From the IMG/VR virus record IMGVR_UViG_3300042898_003434, positions 26,629 to 90,628 of that record: 64,000 nucleotides of DNA; one strand, 5' to 3'. Under the pieces are notes generated by a model. The model saw nothing but the letters and a program-made list of their open reading frames with translations. It was not told the DNA's origin and did no database searches. The stretch comes from a virus. Made by a program: the position numbers and the translations under genes. This document shows, in pieces, positions 60,701-64,000 of this stretch. The first letter of the stretch is position 1, and each line of letters starts with the position of its first letter.

Positions 60701-61973
60701 CAGCAAATGAACTAGACGAGTTTATGTTACGAACGTCTGTATAATTAACATTGTTGGCCCAGCTGGATGTACCAAGTACACTGCCTGTTATATTTAGTTC
60801 ATTGGAATTGATCCAGTATGAACCGCTATAAACAAGTGCTTGACCGGCACTTGCACTAATAATTCTTACATCATGAAGCTCATCAAGTTCATATCCATTT
60901 TGTGGATTGATATACATTATACCATTACCTGCATTTGCACGAACTACCACACCGACAAACACTGTATGTAGTGGAGCCTGTGGTTTTATATTTGTCAGTG
61001 AACCTGTAGCAGTTCCTAGATATAAAATATCACCAGATGTGAATGCTCCAAGATTTAGCGCGTTGATTATACCGACTGTGGTAACTATACCAAATTGATT
61101 TACAGCAATACTTTCATGTGCAACGCCAAATGTTTTTGCACTTGTAGCATCAGATAAATTACTTGCTTTTTTAACACTTGGCTTGTCGCCAGATGCGCCG
61201 AATAGATATACAACATCACCCTTTGCAATTGTGGTAGTATCAACATTGCGTACAATAGAGAACATATCTTGCGATATCTTCGTTGAGATGGCACCACCGG
61301 CACCACCAAGACCAAACTCTAGTGTGCCACTGCCACTGTCCCATTGCAATCTAGCTTGCTGCGTTGTTACGGTAGCTGGTTGACTAAATTGTATATACGA
61401 CGCACTAGCATTGCCAAGTAAATAACTTGCTGTATTTGCCAATGAAGCCGTTTGCGCGAAGATTGCGAAACTCGCTGTCAACGCAAATGAAGCACTAATT
61501 GCATTTTCGACATAACTAGCAGTGGATGCTTGTATTGCCCAACTTGCTGTTCCAAATACACTGCCAGTAAAGCTAGTTAGTCTATCGGAAAATGACGAAC
61601 TGTCGGATACTAGATCGGTTATTCTCGTGGAGAATGAGCCAGAGTCATTAACTAGATTTGTTACTCTTGTAGAGAAAGAACTACTGTCAGATACAAGATT
61701 TGTTACTCTGGTAGAGAATGATGAACTATCTGATACCAAATCGGTAACTCTAATAGAAAACGACCCAGACGCTGTTTCTAGATCTGCAAGTTGTGTAGTG
61801 TGTGATCCAGATACAATCTCCAATAAAGATGCTCTTGATGCAATGGATGCCGAATATGGTGAATCGATTGCATATGACGCAGTACCAACCACAGACCCAG
61901 TTACTACGAGATCGTTTGATACTTGTAGACTTCCTGATATTTTTCCGCCGTATTTAATGCGCTCGTATGACAT
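57783..61973 (-). CDS. long tail fibre with 14-aa repeats, ASYA repeats and a putative C-terminal chaperone domain
   Basis: S(G/S)SFSTRVTNLV.D repeats; ASGSNIFG modules; C-terminal ATSKSFLIKHP...EGPE...LPDYW...TVQLTPIG. Confidence 0.85.
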   Translation of the reverse strand: MSYERIKYGGKISGSLQVSNDLVVTGSVVGTASYAIDSPYSASIASRASLLEIVSGSHTTQLADLETASGSFSIRVTDLVSDSSSFSTRVTNLVSDSSSFSTRVTNLVNDSGSFSTRITDLVSDSSSFSDRLTSFTGSVFGTASWAIQASTASYVENAISASFALTASFAIFAQTASLANTASYLLGNASASYIQFSQPATVTTQQARLQWDSGSGTLEFGLGGAGGAISTKISQDMFSIVRNVDTTTIAKGDVVYLFGASGDKPSVKKASNLSDATSAKTFGVAHESIAVNQFGIVTTVGIINALNLGAFTSGDILYLGTATGSLTNIKPQAPLHTVFVGVVVRANAGNGIMYINPQNGYELDELHDVRIISASAGQALVYSGSYWINSNELNITGSVLGTSSWANNVNYTDVRNINSSSSFAGTASYAITSSYSTKSETLLSGANINVGQITASAISVTTLNVVTITSSIDYASGSNIFGTKSTDTQLFTGSVSITGSLTVNGPITGTASFATTFADSASVESRATNLETASGSFSTRVTNLVTDSSSFSTRVTNLVSASGSFSTRVTNLVTDSSSFSSRLTNFTGSVFGTASWAIQSRTASFVLNAVSSSYALTASYAANVPATSSWSIQAQTASYVVNAISASHAATASLARTASFVSALNQAVTISGSLTVTGSFIFNSDTGSLLFDSNADTFEMTGSMLVSGSLLVTGSISTTGGVTASLLGTASFASQALSASYALSSSFATTASYATIAASIVSTSNVTVNQLTASSIQVTNLNVVTITSSIIYASGSNIFGNKSTDTHKFTGSVSITGSLSVDGTISGTASFALTASNVNYENVSGITNNSTFAGTSSLALTASYLIGSISSASYADQAATASYLLGEIQSASYATNAATASYVVSSSYALSASYALSASYAKTASLSYFTSGSVRTGDITLAPTGANNPTITFIGINSSSIQLEVAPTGTVVFNGDAGSLLEIVDELSGSLMSVSDISGLPIFEVFSDDRVVAGAYNSNAFVVTGSSVGVGKTPNNAFAMDVSGSVALTGSLNVSVGITGSLFGTASVATSISSGSKISVAAITASAVYGSGSNVFGTKVTDTHSVTGSMRISGSLFVNGSDVANLSGTGSLFGTASWAVNAINIASSSKISVAAVTSSFLYGSGSNVFGTKQVDSHRFTGSIYLSGSIFVNGNEFVSGTGTSNTTGSLFGTASYAMSSSYALAASHAATAVTASYAFVSGSQNYIPKYATNNTLGNSIIFDNGTNVGINTDTPNYTLEVSGSFAATSKSFLIKHPIREGKKLQHGVVEGPEHSVYVRGKTDSDTITLPDYWVALVHEDTITVQLTPIGTNQSLVIKSVSLQEVVIENKSKTAKYINCYYYIQGERKDIPKINVEY
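61570..61790. repeat. coding 42-nt-period degenerate tandem repeat (SFSTRVTNLVSDSS); second tract ~60230-60400
   Basis: Five to six units of 14 aa, with mostly synonymous variation between units. Confidence 0.85.
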
Positions 61974-61974
61974 A

Positions 61975-63999
61975 TTATAGTATATTCCAAGTTACTCCGT
62001 CACTGACAACTTTTATAGATTCGTATTGATTCAATAAATAAGTATTGTCTCCGTCCAATAGTCCAAGAGAAGTTGCATCAATTGTTACACCAGCAGCACC
62101 TTTATTTTTTATAATAAATTCGCGGCCGGTATTTGCTGTTGCATCTATGAGCGTTATTGTGAATGGAGTGGTTGCGTGGTTGCAAACAACAATGTTATCT
62201 AGAATGGTAACTGTGTAATCTGTTGTTTTTACAACGGCACCTACGACTCGCCCTGTTGTTGATATCGTACCAATCAAGGACAATGATCCAGTTATACTTA
62301 CACTTCCGGTAAATTGATGTGTATCCGTTGACTTTGTGCCGAATATATTGCTTCCAGAAGCATAGTCGATAGAGCTTGTAATTGTAACAACGTTTAAGTT
62401 TGTTACTTGAATACTGGACGCGGTGATTTGCCCAACGTCCATGTCGATACCTGTCAACACGCTTTCGGCCTTGAATGCATACGAGGCCGTTCCTGCAAAC
62501 TGCGTTACGTTGGTTATGTCATATACATTATTGAAAGATATGTACGATGCCGTCTTTGCATTTTCGACATAAGATGCGGTCGATGCGTTTAAAGCATACG
62601 ATGCACTTTGAATTGAACCGAGCAAGAATGACGCGGTAATTGCAAATGAAGCTGTATCCGCCAATGACGCCGTTGATGCGTTTATAGCATATGACGCACT
62701 TTGGGCGGTTCCCAACAATGACGATGCGGTTAATGCATACGAGGCTGAAACAGCCGACTCTATATAAGACGCAGTTAATGCAATTGACGAGTAACTTGAA
62801 CTTATCGCGTTTACTACATAACTTGCAGTTTGTGCATTTTCAACATAAGAAGCCGTATTTGCGGACGTGGCATAGGATGCCGTACCTGCGAACGTCGATG
62901 TTGATGTTATGTTATCTATATTCGCATAATCAATGTACGAAGCTGTAAGTGCTAAGGATGAAGTTAATGCAAACGAAGATGTTCCCGAATTGATTACATA
63001 GCTCGCAGTGTCAGCATATGATGCCGTGGACGAGAATGACGCAGATGTTGCAGTTGATGACGACAACGCAAATGCTGCATACGAAGCAGTTTTTGCATTC
63101 AACACATAAGAAGCTGTTTGCGCCAATATGACGTATGATGCAGTTTGAGATAATACCACGTAACTTGCTGTTTCTGCCGTTGTAGCAAATGAAGCCGTTC
63201 CCATGATTGGTCCGTTTACAATCAACGAACCGGTGATATTCACGGATCCGGTAAATTGCTGCGTGTCTGTGGATTTTGTTCCAAATATATTGCTACCAGA
63301 AGCGTAAGTGATCGAACTTGTAATTGTAACAACGTTTAAGTTTGTTACTTGAATTGACGAAGCTGTTAGTTGACCAACTGTCACATTTGATGTTGGAATT
63401 ATATAAGACGCGGTTGCAGCAAACGAAGAACTAATTGCTTGTAGAACATAGCTTGCTGTCAATGCACTGGCTGCGAATGAAGAACTTACAGCTTGCAATA
63501 TATAACTCGCAGTTTGTGCGAGCGATACATAAGATGCCGTTTGAACAAACGCAACGTACGATGCAGTCTTAGAATATTCTGTCACCGACGAACTTTGAGC
63601 TAATGTAACATACGATGCCGTTTGTGATAGTGTAACATACGAAGCTGTTTGAGATAATGTTATATACGACGCAGTTTGTGCTAGTGACACATAAGATGCG
63701 GTTTGAGCATTTTCGACGTATGACGCGGTTTTGGCATAGTCCGAATAACTCGCTGTTACGGCATACGATGCGGATGGTGAATTTAATACATACGATGCCG
63801 TTTGTGCTTGTTCTACATACGATGCCGTTTGTGCAAGCGAAGAATACGAAGACGTACCGAGTAGACTTCCGGTTATTCCACCGGACACATTTAATGTATC
63901 GGCCATCAAAACGCTACCGGTGAATTGGTGTGTATCCGTAGACTTTGTACCAAATATATTACTACCAGAAGCGTATTGGATCGAACTTGTAATTGTGAC
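61975..63999 (-). CDS. ASYA-repeat tail fibre-like protein, 5' end beyond the window
   Basis: Frame is open upstream of 63909 to the edge (VTITSSIQYASGSNIFGTKSTDTHQFTGSV). C-terminal 'TITL.DA....GREF.IK...DG......L.QYES......DG..W' domain. Confidence 0.85.
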   Translation of the reverse strand, partial: VTITSSIQYASGSNIFGTKSTDTHQFTGSVLMADTLNVSGGITGSLLGTSSYSSLAQTASYVEQAQTASYVLNSPSASYAVTASYSDYAKTASYVENAQTASYVSLAQTASYITLSQTASYVTLSQTASYVTLAQSSSVTEYSKTASYVAFVQTASYVSLAQTASYILQAVSSSFAASALTASYVLQAISSSFAATASYIIPTSNVTVGQLTASSIQVTNLNVVTITSSITYASGSNIFGTKSTDTQQFTGSVNITGSLIVNGPIMGTASFATTAETASYVVLSQTASYVILAQTASYVLNAKTASYAAFALSSSTATSASFSSTASYADTASYVINSGTSSFALTSSLALTASYIDYANIDNITSTSTFAGTASYATSANTASYVENAQTASYVVNAISSSYSSIALTASYIESAVSASYALTASSLLGTAQSASYAINASTASLADTASFAITASFLLGSIQSASYALNASTASYVENAKTASYISFNNVYDITNVTQFAGTASYAFKAESVLTGIDMDVGQITASSIQVTNLNVVTITSSIDYASGSNIFGTKSTDTHQFTGSVSITGSLSLIGTISTTGRVVGAVVKTTDYTVTILDNIVVCNHATTPFTITLIDATANTGREFIIKNKGAAGVTIDATSLGLLDGDNTYLLNQYESIKVVSDGVTWNIL

Positions 64000-64000
64000 T

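Noticed and set aside
60230-61790. 42-nt periodic repeats as a CRISPR array
   Set aside because: They are in-frame coding repeats with synonymous variation, no unique spacers and no cas genes.
1-64000. Stop-codon reassignment, seen in some large phages
   Set aside because: Conserved genes are full-length under the standard code, and TAA, TGA and TAG all occur at gene ends.
1-64000. tRNA or rRNA genes
   Set aside because: Intergenic gaps are short and AT-rich and no cloverleaf or T-loop signature was seen. A tRNAscan/Infernal run would be definitive.

Overview
The window is an AT-rich, gene-dense fragment of a large (jumbo-type) myophage with a T4-superfamily-like gene set. Almost all genes are on the minus strand and read normally in the standard code. 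Left to right: (i) a partial MoxR-type AAA ATPase that the ORF track misses; (ii) a replication block with nrdA/nrdB, a DnaB/gp41-like helicase, a stand-alone 5'-3' exonuclease, RecA/UvsX, a gp32-like SSB and a thumb-truncated family A polymerase; (iii) baseplate hub, LysM wedge, tube initiator, tape measure and two gp26-like genes; (iv) a lipoprotein and a cluster of unrelated proteins sharing an N-terminal 'MxKxELKxLIxE' leader; (v) tail tube and sheath, separated by about 6.3 kb of homing endonucleases and enzymes; (vi) a tandem array of eight intact ~350-aa paralogs with mosaic conserved/variable blocks; (vii) repetitive tail-fibre-type genes. The most notable observations are the recombining eight-paralog array, the putative capsid-targeting leaders on accessory proteins and enzymes, a T4 gene-32-like autoregulatory SSB leader, a strand-oriented TATTTAT(A/C) promoter motif, leaderless sigma70-type promoters, and [ST]-[GAS]-S enrichment in exposed virion proteins. 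All assignments come from reading motifs by eye; no searches were run.
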